From Gemmatimonadales bacterium (GTDB lineage Bacteria > Gemmatimonadota > Gemmatimonadetes > Gemmatimonadales > GWC2-71-9): 64,000 nucleotides of DNA. This document shows positions 30,229 through 40,453 of this stretch, piece by piece. Position numbers and translations under genes: made by a program. Every line of letters begins with the position of its first letter. The first letter of the stretch is position 1. The notes under the pieces are model-generated. The model saw only the letters and a list, made by a program, of their open reading frames with translations. It searched no databases and was not told where the DNA came from. The stretch is taken from contig OZ252244.1 of NCBI GenBank assembly GCA_965249575.1, positions 3,456,001 through 3,520,000 of the forward strand. Reading direction: 5' to 3'.

Positions 30229-31947
30229 CTAGGAAGGAGCGCTGGCTGCCGACGAGCGCGGCCGAAGCGCTGCGCGCAGCGCCTCGGACACCTCGGAGCT
30301 TGCCTGCGCCCTGAGTAGTCGCCCACGGGCGTCTGCGTCGATGATTCCGGAGGCTATCGCTGCGAGAATCCGGACTTGCTGGCCGTGTTCCCTTTCCGGA
30401 GTCAGGAGTAGAAAGACCAGGTGCACGGGCCTCCCGTCAGGAGCGTCCCACTCGACACCGGTCATTGACCGGCCGAACACGAGCACCGGTCGCTCGAGGC
30501 CCGGGAGACGGGCATGCGGAATGGCAACGCCCTCGCCGGTACCTGTCCCGATCAGCTCCTCCCGCGCGCGCACCGCCGTGCCGCACTCGGCAAGTGCCCG
30601 ATCGTGGGCGCGCCCCGAGAGCGACGCACACAGCTCGTCGATCACCTCCCACCGGGTGGGGCCCTGGAGGTTTGGGACGGTCGCCGAGTCGTCCAGATAG
30701 TCGAGCACCAAGACCGCGGTGCGGCGCTTGATCGACCACGACAGCCAGGGTGCAACGAGCAGTGAGGAGACGACCGCCGAGGCGACGATACCGACGAAGA
30801 CCGGTGTCGTCAGGATGCCGTACTCCAACGCGATGTCGGCCACGATGATTCCGGTCACGCCGCTCGGCGTGAAGGCTATTCCGATGGACAGTCGATCCTC
30901 ACGGGAGAATACCGTGCCGAGGGCACCAATCCAGGCGCCCGCGAACTTAGCGCCGATGGAGACGATCGTGACGAACGCGACAATGAACCAGTCGAATTCG
31001 GCGAGGAAATCGTATTGGAGACCGATTCCGGCAAAGTAGAGCGGCACGAACACCGAGTGCACCATTTGGCTCACGACGGTTCGCGTCCGCGCCGAAAGGG
31101 CCCGGGACTCTCCGGCCATGATGCCCGCTAAGAAGAAGCCAAGCAGTGCAGTGAGGCCGAGGCTGTGGGTTAGCGCTCCGCATGCGAGTCCCAGGCAGCT
31201 CACCAGGCTCAGCACGACGCCGGGCTGGTCGGGTAGGTACTCGCTCGCGTAGGCAATCGCGCGGTCGACGAGTCTCAACCCCACCGTGAGACAGAATGCG
31301 GTGAAGGCGATCGAAAAGAACAGAATCAGGGTGACCGATCCCAGCCGCACCCCGAGGGGGGTGGCGAGACCGAGGACCACGCTCAGGATGACCCACGCGA
31401 GGATGTCATTGACGGCGTAACCGCACAGCGTGACGAGGCCGAGTTCGGTCTTGACCAAATCGAGATCGTGGAGCACCCGCGCGATGACGACCATCGCGCT
31501 GATGGCGATGGTCGTCCCAAGGAAGAGCGCAAACGGGATGCGAAGCGAGACGTCGGCCAAGTAGTGATCGGGCAGCGCAAGCGAAAGCGCGAAGCCGATC
31601 AGCAGTGGCACGAGCACACCGATGATACCGATGCGAAGGGCCGGCCCACGTTGCCGCCAGGCAGCGGACACGTCGACCTCGAGTCCGGTCTCGAGCAGGA
31701 GAAAGAGCACGCCGAACCACGAGACGGTGTCCAGCATGGCCTGCTGAATGACGTCGGGGGGGAAGATCGCAGCCTGCAACTCGGGCCACGCCCGCCCGAG
31801 CAGGGTAGGGCCGAGCAGCAATCCGATCGCGATCTCGCCGACGAGCGGGGGGTAACCAAACCGCCGCAACACCTCGCCCAAGCCCCTAGCGAGGCCGAGG
31901 AGCAAGAGGACTTGCAGGAGGAAGAGGCCCAGGTGCTGCTCGGTCAC
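30229..31947 (-). CDS. Cation:proton antiporter fused to a C-terminal PTS EIIA-like domain
   Basis: VGEIAIGLLLGPTLLG, GLEVD and NDILAW; C-terminal REE..GTG.G.GVAIPHAR and WDAPDGRPVHLVFLLL. Confidence 0.88.
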   Translation of the reverse strand: MTEQHLGLFLLQVLLLLGLARGLGEVLRRFGYPPLVGEIAIGLLLGPTLLGRAWPELQAAIFPPDVIQQAMLDTVSWFGVLFLLLETGLEVDVSAAWRQRGPALRIGIIGVLVPLLIGFALSLALPDHYLADVSLRIPFALFLGTTIAISAMVVIARVLHDLDLVKTELGLVTLCGYAVNDILAWVILSVVLGLATPLGVRLGSVTLILFFSIAFTAFCLTVGLRLVDRAIAYASEYLPDQPGVVLSLVSCLGLACGALTHSLGLTALLGFFLAGIMAGESRALSARTRTVVSQMVHSVFVPLYFAGIGLQYDFLAEFDWFIVAFVTIVSIGAKFAGAWIGALGTVFSREDRLSIGIAFTPSGVTGIIVADIALEYGILTTPVFVGIVASAVVSSLLVAPWLSWSIKRRTAVLVLDYLDDSATVPNLQGPTRWEVIDELCASLSGRAHDRALAECGTAVRAREELIGTGTGEGVAIPHARLPGLERPVLVFGRSMTGVEWDAPDGRPVHLVFLLLTPEREHGQQVRILAAIASGIIDADARGRLLRAQASSEVSEALRAALRPRSSAASAPS

Positions 31948-32105
31948 GAGTCCTCTGCGGTCGTCGTCCCGACTAGCCTACGCTGTTGGGTCGTCTCGAG
32001 CAATCGTGTTCAGCGACCCGTCAAGAAACGGCCAGAAACGAGTAGGAGTGGCGGGTGATGTCGCACCCGCCACTCCTTTGCCGAGGGCCCGCAAGTCGTC
32101 AGGCG

Positions 32106-32750
32106 TCAGTTGGTTGCGAAACAGTAATAGAAGCCGTTACCCCCCGTGCCTTGCAGGTTCTCCTGACTGCAGCCGCGCGAGCCATGTGCGGAATTCCACG
32201 ACGTGGCGTTCTCGCCGCCGCCGGTGCGATCGTGATGGCCTACGCGCGCGGTGCCCTCGCCGCTGCCGGTCCAGTTGTCACAGTTCGTGTAGCCCTCTCC
32301 GGTATACGCGGTTCCGTCGAGCCGCGAGCCGGTCAGGATGTCGTGCATGTTCGGGCTGTCACCCCGGCCGTTGACCATGTTTCCCTTCTCGGTCAGGATT
32401 GTCTGCTTGGTCAGGTTGGCGTTGTCGCTGTGCAGGTCGTCGGCGTTATCGGCGACCTTGACGCCCTTTTGATTGTACCAGGGCCCGGTCCCGATCCGGT
32501 CCCGGGCATGAACGGCGGCCTTCCCGTCTGCGCTAATCGTGCTGAGATACGCGCGCCATTGACTGTCTCCGGCACCAACTGCGTCCGCCAGCATCTGGCA
32601 ATGCTGATCCGCACCCTCCAGTCCGCCGAGGTCAGCTCCGTTGCCGGGGCCGGCGCTCGTGATGAAGAAGCTCATAGGATGATCCTGTGCGAGTACCGGC
32701 TGGCCACCCAGCAACACCAAGCTAGCGACAACCGTCAAGACCCTAGTCAT
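32106..32750 (-). CDS. Secreted lectin-like (endostatin-fold-like) protein
   Basis: Signal peptide; LGGLEGADQHCQ, WRAYLS, HDILTGS, CDNWT and FYCFA. Confidence 0.75.
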   Translation of the reverse strand: MTRVLTVVASLVLLGGQPVLAQDHPMSFFITSAGPGNGADLGGLEGADQHCQMLADAVGAGDSQWRAYLSTISADGKAAVHARDRIGTGPWYNQKGVKVADNADDLHSDNANLTKQTILTEKGNMVNGRGDSPNMHDILTGSRLDGTAYTGEGYTNCDNWTGSGEGTARVGHHDRTGGGENATSWNSAHGSRGCSQENLQGTGGNGFYYCFATN

Positions 32751-32919
32751 GTCAGGCTCCTTGTTGGCAAGCGTCACGGCGAGAGTCGGGAAGTTTCGCC
32801 GAATCTCGTGGGCCCCGCCAGGGGTGGTCGGGCAGCGGCTCAAGCGCCACCACTTGCCATCCCGTTTCCAAATCGCCATCCGTTGAAAACGCCATAGCGC
32901 AGCGAGGATCTCGCCACCC

Positions 32920-33297
32920 ATGAGCAACCGCAAATCCGTCGAGACCTATCTCAGCGCCCTTTATAGAGAGCACAAAGACTTCGAAGCAATCGAGGCGCTC
33001 CTGGCCGACGGGTTTACGTTTAACGGACCCATGGCGTCGTTCGATGGCCGGGCGGCGTTCATGGAATTCATTCGCAAGATCGGACCGCAGAAGAACCGCA
33101 TTGAGGTGCGGGAGATCGTGGCGGACGGTGATGCCGTGGCGGTGTTTCACGAATTCACCTCGGAGATGCCGGTAATCGGACCGCTCCCGTTCGCGGAGTG
33201 GTACTCGATGAAGGGCGGCAAGATCGCCTCACTCACGCTCTACTTCGATGCGCGCGAGTTCGCGCCCCTCCTAGAGGAACAGATGCCCCGTGATTGA
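32920..33297 (+). CDS. SnoaL/NTF2-like protein
   Basis: LLADGFTFNGP, IVADGDAVAV and GGKIAS..YFD. Confidence 0.8.
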   Translation: MSNRKSVETYLSALYREHKDFEAIEALLADGFTFNGPMASFDGRAAFMEFIRKIGPQKNRIEVREIVADGDAVAVFHEFTSEMPVIGPLPFAEWYSMKGGKIASLTLYFDAREFAPLLEEQMPRD

Positions 33298-34681
33298 CCG
33301 GACTTCGGTGGCTCGTGCGGCCTGGCTGACCGCGGTGTGGGGCGTCTCGTTCGTTTTCTACTTCCGCTGGTGGGGAGTCACGCTTCGCGTCCCCGGCCTC
33401 GCGGTCTGGGCCGCGGCCTACACTGGCCTGTACGCGGGTACCGCGTTCTTGGCGCTCGGACGCGAACGGCTCGGTACGCTGAAGCAGGTCCGGCAGCCCG
33501 TGATCACCTGGGGCGGCATCGTGGTGATGGCCGTCATCATACAGGCAGCGCTGCCGCAGGTGAGCATCGCCGGACGACCGGTGCAGACCGCAGCGTTCGT
33601 CAATGTCATCGAGTTCGTGCTGCCATGCTGGATCGTCGTGCGCGCGATGCTGCTGGTCTGGCCGGGACTGGCAGCACGGATCGCGATTCTCACCATCGGT
33701 CCGGTGGCGGTGGGTGGCGTCTTATTCGCGTACATGATCCCGATGCCCGGATCCTCGTTCACCGGGACCGTTCCTCCACTCACCGCAGCCGAGCAGGAGG
33801 GTAGCGACCGGTTGCGGGGACATGTCGACGCGCTCGCGGGCGCCATCGGCGAGCGGCACGAGGGAGCGATCGAACGGCTGCGTGCGGCTGCCGGCTACGT
33901 AGAAGCAACGCTCGCGGCTTTGGGGTACGAGGTCTTCCATCATGCGTATGAGTACGGTGGCCGCACCTTCGAGAACCTGGAGGTGGTGCTCCGCGGGCGC
34001 GTGCATCCGGAGGAGATCGTCGTGGTCGGTGGCCATTACGACACGGTAGAGGGGACGCCCGGCGCCGACGACAACGCGAGCGGTACCGCGGCAGTCCTGG
34101 AGCTCGCCCGGCTCCTCCGAAACGACGAGCCGGAGCGGACGGTTCGATTCGTGGCATTCGTTAACGAGGAACCACCGTTCCTCAGCACCCGGTGGATGGG
34201 CAGCTGGCAGTACGCCGCCCGCGCCGCCGATCGCCAGGAACGGATCGTGGCGATGGTGTCCCTAGAGACGCTCGGCTTCTTCCAGCACGAAGCGGGCAGC
34301 CAGCGCTACCCGCCGCCGTTCAGCTTCTTTTATCCCGACGTGGGAAACTTCGTGGCCTTTGTGGGCAACCTTCCCTCGCGCTCACTCGTGCGTCGGAGCA
34401 TCGCGGTCTTCAGGCAGAACGCGCGATTTCCATCGGAGGGAATCGCCGCGCCGGAGCAGATCCCCGGTGTATGGTGGTCGGACCACGCGCCGTTCTGGGT
34501 GCATGGATTCCGAGCGATCATGATCACGGACACTGCCCCGTTCCGCAATCCGCATTATCACCAGTCGTCGGATACACCAGAGCGCCTGGACTACGTGGCG
34601 ATGGCTAGGGTCGTAGCGGGTGTTGCGGAGGTCGTCAGGGACCTAATCGGGACAGCCGCGGCGAATCGCGGCCGTCTCTGA
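33290..34681 (+). CDS. M28 family peptidase with an N-terminal multi-TM region
   Basis: GGHYDT, GADDNASG, NEEPP, SDHAPF and YHQSSD; about four hydrophobic helices in the first 150 aa. Confidence 0.88.
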   Translation: MIDRTSVARAAWLTAVWGVSFVFYFRWWGVTLRVPGLAVWAAAYTGLYAGTAFLALGRERLGTLKQVRQPVITWGGIVVMAVIIQAALPQVSIAGRPVQTAAFVNVIEFVLPCWIVVRAMLLVWPGLAARIAILTIGPVAVGGVLFAYMIPMPGSSFTGTVPPLTAAEQEGSDRLRGHVDALAGAIGERHEGAIERLRAAAGYVEATLAALGYEVFHHAYEYGGRTFENLEVVLRGRVHPEEIVVVGGHYDTVEGTPGADDNASGTAAVLELARLLRNDEPERTVRFVAFVNEEPPFLSTRWMGSWQYAARAADRQERIVAMVSLETLGFFQHEAGSQRYPPPFSFFYPDVGNFVAFVGNLPSRSLVRRSIAVFRQNARFPSEGIAAPEQIPGVWWSDHAPFWVHGFRAIMITDTAPFRNPHYHQSSDTPERLDYVAMARVVAGVAEVVRDLIGTAAANRGRL

Positions 34682-34693
34682 ACGGCACCCGGC

Positions 34694-36910
34694 CTACGGC
34701 ATGGCCTGAGTGTCCCGGGGCTCCGGACCGAGGTACCGATCGAAATGCTGGACGAGCTTGCGGAGCAGGTACACGGCGTAGTGCTCCTGAGCAGTCCAGC
34801 CGTGCGTGGCTGCCGGTGCGAACGCAAAGTCGAAGTCCTTACCCAAGCGCATCAGCTCCTCCGCCAGCACGACCGATGTCTTGAAGGGCACGACGTCGTC
34901 CTGCATGCCGTGGATGATCAGCAGGTGATCCCGTAGATTGCCGGCGTACTGCATGGCGTTCCGAGTGAACGCCTCTGGATGGCTTTGCGGCCGGCGTGAG
35001 ATCGCGACGTCATCTGGTCCGAAGAAGCGCGGGTCAACGGCCGGCGCACCCGCTACGCCTGCGGCGAACAGCCCGGGCTTTTTCAGCAGTGAGAAGACCG
35101 TTAGCAGGCCGCCGTAGCTGCTGCCCCAGATGCCGATCCGATCCGGATCGACGTACGGCAGTGTCTTGAGGTACTCGACCGCGCTTTCGAGGTCCTCCAA
35201 GTCCTCCCCTCCCCAGTCCATGACGTATTCCTCGCGAAACTCGCGCCCGTATCCCGTGCTTCCCCGCAGGTCCAGCTGCACGACGATGTAGCCCCGCTCG
35301 AGCACCAGGAACTGCTGAAGCGTGCTGTAGATCCCGCGCCAGCGTTTGCGCGCGGTGTTGGAGTACACGGGCCCGAACACGACGGGGTGCTGCTTCGATC
35401 GGTCGATCCCTGGCGGTTCGAGGATTCGCGCGTGCAGCGTGTAGTCGTCGATCAGGCTCGGAAAGGTGACGTACTTGGGGGTCACCCACGCGTGCTGTCT
35501 GAACTCCGCCGGCGGTGAATTCGTGATGCGCCGCGGTGCGGTGCCACCGCGGGCATCGACGAGGTATAGCTCGGTTGGGGTAACGTCGTCGGTGTGAAGC
35601 AGCGCAATGGTGGAGCCGTCGGGAGAGACCAACGGCGTGTGCAGCCCGGGCCTCGTCGTGAGCTGCCTCGGCATGCCACCGTCATCGCCCATGCGAAACA
35701 CGTGACGCTCGTACGGGCTGGACTCGTTTGAGACGAAGAAGATGCTTCGCGTGGACCGCACGGAAATGGGCGGGCCCGTGACATCGTAGCCCGCGCCCGT
35801 CAATGCTTTGGGCACCGCGTCACCGGGTCTCAGCGCGTAGAGCCGATACCGATCGTCGAGATCGCCTACGAAGAGGATACGCTCTCCGTCGCCATGCCAC
35901 GACGATGAGATCGCGTTGTAGGCCCGTGTTGCGCGGTGATCGTGCCACACCTGCTGGAGGCTGCCTGCCTGGGGCTCGAACACGTGCATCCATCGGTCGA
36001 CGGCGGTGTCCGATTCCCGATCGATGAGCAGGAGTCCGGCTGGTGACCAGGCGAAACCGGCGATCCTGGTCGAGGTTGGGTCAGGGAGGTCCATGAGTTT
36101 GAGCAGACCGCTCGAGATCTCGTAGATCCCCAGAGTCCGGATCTCGTTGTCGTCGCCCGGATAGCCTCGCCGCACCTTGTTCGGGACGGTCTCGTCGCCT
36201 AGGTAATACGGGAACGGAACCGTCCGGACATTTCGCCGATCGACGTAGTGCACGGCGATGAATCGGCTGTCTGGCGACCAGGCGTAGGTCGGTGCGCCGC
36301 CGCCCCAGACGTCAGGGCCGATCTCGACGTCTGGCCTCGAGTAAATGCCTAGCGGCACGTCGCCAATGGGAGGCTCACCGACATCGGTCGCTTGGATGAG
36401 ATGACCGCCCTCCAATTCGAACAGCCACAAGTCGCCTTCCTGCCTGAACGATGCGAACCGCCCGTTGGGTGAGATGCTGAGCTCGGCCTTGGACACCTCC
36501 GTTGACGTGAGCCGCTCCGCGCCTCCGCCACCCACGGCGATTCGCCACAATTCCTGATTTGCTAGGTAATACAGCATGCGCCCGGTCGGCTCCCATGCGA
36601 ATTCAGCGACACTCCCGCCACCGGCGCCTGCGGACGCGGGCGTGAGGGGGCTGGGAGCGGTGCCATCCCGCTCGACGAGCCACACGCTCCGAGCCCGAAG
36701 GCCACGGTCATTCCACAGGAACGCGAGCCGCCGGCTGTCGGGCGACCACCCGAGACGTGCGGGGGCAGTACCGATGATCGATGGCTGGCGTGCGATCCGC
36801 TCGACCGTTAGCTGCGGTCCCTGCTTGGCCAGAGCTGGAGGTGCTGCGAGAAGACCGAGCACGAGTGCGTTGGCGGTAGCCGTGACGTTGTCGAACGTTG
36901 GCCGGATCAT
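34694..36910 (-). CDS. S9 family peptidase (DPP IV-like)
   Basis: Beta-propeller WSPD repeats; GIWGSSYGG, HGMQDDVV and His in ATHG. Confidence 0.92.
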   Translation of the reverse strand: MIRPTFDNVTATANALVLGLLAAPPALAKQGPQLTVERIARQPSIIGTAPARLGWSPDSRRLAFLWNDRGLRARSVWLVERDGTAPSPLTPASAGAGGGSVAEFAWEPTGRMLYYLANQELWRIAVGGGGAERLTSTEVSKAELSISPNGRFASFRQEGDLWLFELEGGHLIQATDVGEPPIGDVPLGIYSRPDVEIGPDVWGGGAPTYAWSPDSRFIAVHYVDRRNVRTVPFPYYLGDETVPNKVRRGYPGDDNEIRTLGIYEISSGLLKLMDLPDPTSTRIAGFAWSPAGLLLIDRESDTAVDRWMHVFEPQAGSLQQVWHDHRATRAYNAISSSWHGDGERILFVGDLDDRYRLYALRPGDAVPKALTGAGYDVTGPPISVRSTRSIFFVSNESSPYERHVFRMGDDGGMPRQLTTRPGLHTPLVSPDGSTIALLHTDDVTPTELYLVDARGGTAPRRITNSPPAEFRQHAWVTPKYVTFPSLIDDYTLHARILEPPGIDRSKQHPVVFGPVYSNTARKRWRGIYSTLQQFLVLERGYIVVQLDLRGSTGYGREFREEYVMDWGGEDLEDLESAVEYLKTLPYVDPDRIGIWGSSYGGLLTVFSLLKKPGLFAAGVAGAPAVDPRFFGPDDVAISRRPQSHPEAFTRNAMQYAGNLRDHLLIIHGMQDDVVPFKTSVVLAEELMRLGKDFDFAFAPAATHGWTAQEHYAVYLLRKLVQHFDRYLGPEPRDTQAMP

Positions 36911-37115
36911 TGTCTACCTCGTGATACAGGTGCCGGGGCGCCCGATCCCAGCGGTGGGTGCGCCGCCCGTGGATGCTACCAGCGAGCGATTGATCGCCGC
37001 AAGGCGAGCGACCCTTCGCGAGACGGTCCTGGCACGGAGCCGGCCGGTCGAGCCCGTTTTTTCGGTGCGGTGCTGCGGGTGGGCGAGACCGCCACCCGGA
37101 CCCAAATTGCTCTTG

Positions 37116-37150
37116 GGTGACCCACGTCACACCTCGTGATCCACATCACA
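37116..37150. promoter_or_regulatory. Tandem CRP-family operators
   Basis: GGTGA-CCCACG-TCACA (37116-37131) and CGTGA-TCCACA-TCACA (37135-37150), each 9/10 to consensus, in a divergent intergenic region. Confidence 0.6.
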
Positions 37151-37257
37151 AACATTACTTCTTGCGGCACGTGGATTGCCCGGTAGTATAGCCCTCACTG
37201 GGCGTGGCCGAACGGTCACGGCAGGGAGGGCAGGGAACGCGTACAGGGCGGCTAATC

Positions 37258-38841
37258 ATGGTGCGCACCAGCGACAGAAAGTGGCGTACTGCGGCACCCG
37301 CGCGGCACTTAGGACGGGGGGACGTAGGTATCACACAAGCGGCCTATCTCCAGCCGGCTAACAAGGGCAGGACTCTGCAATGGCGGCTGACCGTCGCCGA
37401 CCGGGTCTTGGCGGTGTTCGTGGTGTGCTCGCTCATCCCGCTGGGTACCGTGATTGCCCTGTGGATGACGGGCTCACCTGTGACTGATCCGGCGACCCCG
37501 TTTCCGTACCTTCTCGTCCTGTCGTTCCTATGTGCGGTTTCGATCTTCGACACACGGCTCCGAAACCGCGTGACCAGACTCGACCGGCTGCAGACCAATG
37601 CCCGGCTCGTCTCGGCGCGGCTCGATCCCACGCTGGGTGGTGTCTCGCGCAAAGGCGACGAGCTCGACGAGCTCACGACGTCGTTCGACGCGATCACCGG
37701 CCGCATGCAGGAGCAGCTCCGTACACTCGCCGCGATGAACGAGATCGACCGGGCGGTGCTATCCACGCTGGACTCGAAGGAAATCGTCGAGACGGTGTTG
37801 ACTCGCACCGGAGATATCGCGCCGTGCGACGCGGTGGTAGTGGCCTTGGCGCCCCGCCAGGGGCGGGACGAGTGGACCGTGCGCGCGAAGACCGTGGCTG
37901 GATCGCTTGAGGTGACGGCTTCCGTTGAGCCCGATGGATGGGAAATGGACGAACTGTGGAGTGGTGGCGATGGGCTCGTCGTGGACATGCGCACCGGCGC
38001 TCGGAGTTATCTGAATCTCGAATCGCTTGCGGTCGCTGACATCCGGCATTTCCGCGTCATCCCCTTCTTCCGGGAGGGTGCCATCACAGGGTTGATGGCG
38101 TTGGGCCATCGCGGCCGGCCGAGCTCGACTGGGCACGACCAGGACCAGATCCGTCGGCTCGCCGATCAGCTTACCGTCGCGCTCTCCAACGCACGGCTCA
38201 TGGAAGAAGTGAACGATCTGAACTGGGGGACCGTCACCGCGTTGGCTCGCACCATCGACGGGTGCTCGCCGTGGACCGCCGGCCACTCGGAGCGGGTGAC
38301 GCGTATGGGCCTCGCGATCGGACGGGAGCTCGGGCTGTCGGACAAGAAGCTGGACATACTCCACCGCGGCGGGCTCCTCCACGACATCGGCAAGATGGGG
38401 ATCGATCCGTCGGTGCTGAACAAACCCGCCCGGCTGGATCAGAACGAGCTGGAAATGATGCAGCAACACCCGCGGCTCGGAGCCAAGATCCTGGCTCCCA
38501 TCCCGCAGTACACCGACCTCGTTCCCATCGTGCTATATCACCACGAAAGGGTGGACGGGGGCGGCTATCCCGACGGGTTGGCCGGGAACAGCATCCCGTT
38601 CCTCGCGTGGATTCTCGCTGTGGCCGACGTGTTTGACGCGTTAAAAAGCGAGCGGCCGTATCGGCCGGCGCTGTCGGAACAGGTCGTCCTCCAGGAAATC
38701 ACGAAGATGTCTGGTACACACCTCGATCCCGCCCCCGTCGAGGCTTTTCGCGCCGTGCACTCTCGACTCCACTCCGGAAGAGCACCGGACATCGTCGATC
38801 TGTCGTTCGACGTCGAGGCGTTTTACGACTATATCGAATAA
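37258..38841 (+). CDS. HD-GYP phosphodiesterase with two TM helices, HAMP and GAF domains
   Basis: GHSERV, LHDIGK, HHERVDGGGYPDG and VADVFDAL..RPYR; start uncertain. Confidence 0.9.
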   Translation: MVRTSDRKWRTAAPARHLGRGDVGITQAAYLQPANKGRTLQWRLTVADRVLAVFVVCSLIPLGTVIALWMTGSPVTDPATPFPYLLVLSFLCAVSIFDTRLRNRVTRLDRLQTNARLVSARLDPTLGGVSRKGDELDELTTSFDAITGRMQEQLRTLAAMNEIDRAVLSTLDSKEIVETVLTRTGDIAPCDAVVVALAPRQGRDEWTVRAKTVAGSLEVTASVEPDGWEMDELWSGGDGLVVDMRTGARSYLNLESLAVADIRHFRVIPFFREGAITGLMALGHRGRPSSTGHDQDQIRRLADQLTVALSNARLMEEVNDLNWGTVTALARTIDGCSPWTAGHSERVTRMGLAIGRELGLSDKKLDILHRGGLLHDIGKMGIDPSVLNKPARLDQNELEMMQQHPRLGAKILAPIPQYTDLVPIVLYHHERVDGGGYPDGLAGNSIPFLAWILAVADVFDALKSERPYRPALSEQVVLQEITKMSGTHLDPAPVEAFRAVHSRLHSGRAPDIVDLSFDVEAFYDYIE

Positions 38842-38977
38842 GAGTGGGCCAGAGGCCGGCTCGACGCGCTCCACATAACCCTCACCTCAAAAATCAGTCT
38901 CGCACACGGCCGCGGCTAGCGCCTCCCGGTCGGGATTCGACATCTTCTTCCCCAATACGATCCCAGGACGGACACTC

Positions 38978-40453
38978 ATGCGCTCGCGAGTCGAACGGTG
39001 CGAGCTGGCCCCCGGATTCAGCATTTCGCGCGTTCTCACCGGCTTATGGCAGATCGCCGACATGGAGCGCGGCGGAAGCGTGGACCTCGCCAAGGCCGCC
39101 GCCTCCATGCAACCCTATGTCGACGCTGGGCTTACCACGTTCGACATGGCCGATCACTACGGGTCGGCGGAGGAGATCGCCGGCCGGTTTCGGAGTGAGT
39201 GTGGGTCCGGGTCGGCCCAGCTGCTGACGAAGTGGGTGCCCAAGCCCGGTCCCATGACGCGGGACGACGTTCGGACCGCTGTGCGACGATCACTCGACCG
39301 AATGCGCTGCGATTGCCTCGACCTGCTCCAGTATCACGCTTGGGTATACGCGGACCCCGTGTGGTTGGACGGGTTGCTCTGGCTACAGGAATTGAAAGCC
39401 GAAGGCCTCATTCAGCACCTCGGCGTGACCAACGTCGACACGCCGCACCTCCGTATGATCTTGGAGAGTGGCATCGAGGTCGTATCGAACCAGGTGTGTT
39501 TCTCATTGCTCGACCGGCGAGCGCAGCAAGGCATGATCGACTTGTGCGCCGCCCGCGGAGTCAAGGTGCTTGCGTTCGGGACGGTCGCGGGCGGCTTCCT
39601 CACAGAGCAGTGGCTCGGGCAGCCCGAGCCGACCGCCTTGAACAACTGGTCGCTCATGAAGTACAAGAGGTTCATCGACACCGCGGGCGGGTGGGATGGC
39701 TTCCAGTCGCTCCTCCGCGCGCTCCAAAGCATTGCGCAACGCCTCGGCGTCTCGATGGCCAACGTCGCGTGTCGTTACGTGCTCGAGCAGCCGGGCGTGG
39801 GCGGGGTCGTAGTGGGAGCGCGCCTCGGGGAACGGGAGCACATCGACGATACGCTTCGCGTGTTCGAGTTCACCCTCGACCCGGACAGCCGTGTTGAGAT
39901 CGATCGGGTGGTGTCGACCTTCGATCCCATTCCCGGCGATTGCGGCGACGAATACCGGCGACCCCCATTTCTCACGGCGAGTGGAGACCTGAGCCATCAC
40001 GTCGACGGATTCCCTCCGCCGTATCCGGTAAGACACGGTGCCGACGGGCGTCACCGAGCACTTAGCGGCACCATGTGGGAGGACATCGGCGGGTACAGCC
40101 GTGCCGTACGCGATGGCAACCGCATATGGGTGTCCGGAACCACGGCGACGCATGGCGATCGATTGATTGGAGGGAAAGACCCGGCGTCCCAGGCCCATTT
40201 CGTCATCGACAAGATCGAGGGTGCGCTCCTTTCGCTTGGCGGAAAGTTGGAGGATGTCGTTCGGACCCGCGTCTACATTCAAAACCTCGCGGACTGGGAG
40301 CCGATAGCCCGGGTGCACGGACAGCGGTTCCGAGAGATTCTCCCGGCCAACACGCTGGTTCAGGCGGGTCTCGTGGGTGACCGGTACTTGGTCGAGATGG
40401 AGGTGGAGGCCGTCGTCGAGAGCGGGCCCCCCGGTCTCGGCAGCCACCGATAG
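38978..40453 (+). CDS. Aldo/keto reductase fused to a Rid (YjgF) family domain
   Basis: AKR tetrad in FDMADHY, LTK and QYH; C-terminal GYSRAVR, SGTTAT, DVVRTRVY and LVEMEVEA. Confidence 0.88.
   Translation: MRSRVERCELAPGFSISRVLTGLWQIADMERGGSVDLAKAAASMQPYVDAGLTTFDMADHYGSAEEIAGRFRSECGSGSAQLLTKWVPKPGPMTRDDVRTAVRRSLDRMRCDCLDLLQYHAWVYADPVWLDGLLWLQELKAEGLIQHLGVTNVDTPHLRMILESGIEVVSNQVCFSLLDRRAQQGMIDLCAARGVKVLAFGTVAGGFLTEQWLGQPEPTALNNWSLMKYKRFIDTAGGWDGFQSLLRALQSIAQRLGVSMANVACRYVLEQPGVGGVVVGARLGEREHIDDTLRVFEFTLDPDSRVEIDRVVSTFDPIPGDCGDEYRRPPFLTASGDLSHHVDGFPPPYPVRHGADGRHRALSGTMWEDIGGYSRAVRDGNRIWVSGTTATHGDRLIGGKDPASQAHFVIDKIEGALLSLGGKLEDVVRTRVYIQNLADWEPIARVHGQRFREILPANTLVQAGLVGDRYLVEMEVEAVVESGPPGLGSHR

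Noticed and set aside
36915..37110. Riboswitch in the S9 peptidase leader
   Set aside because: GC-rich hairpins are possible, but I recognised no aptamer consensus; an Rfam search would be needed.
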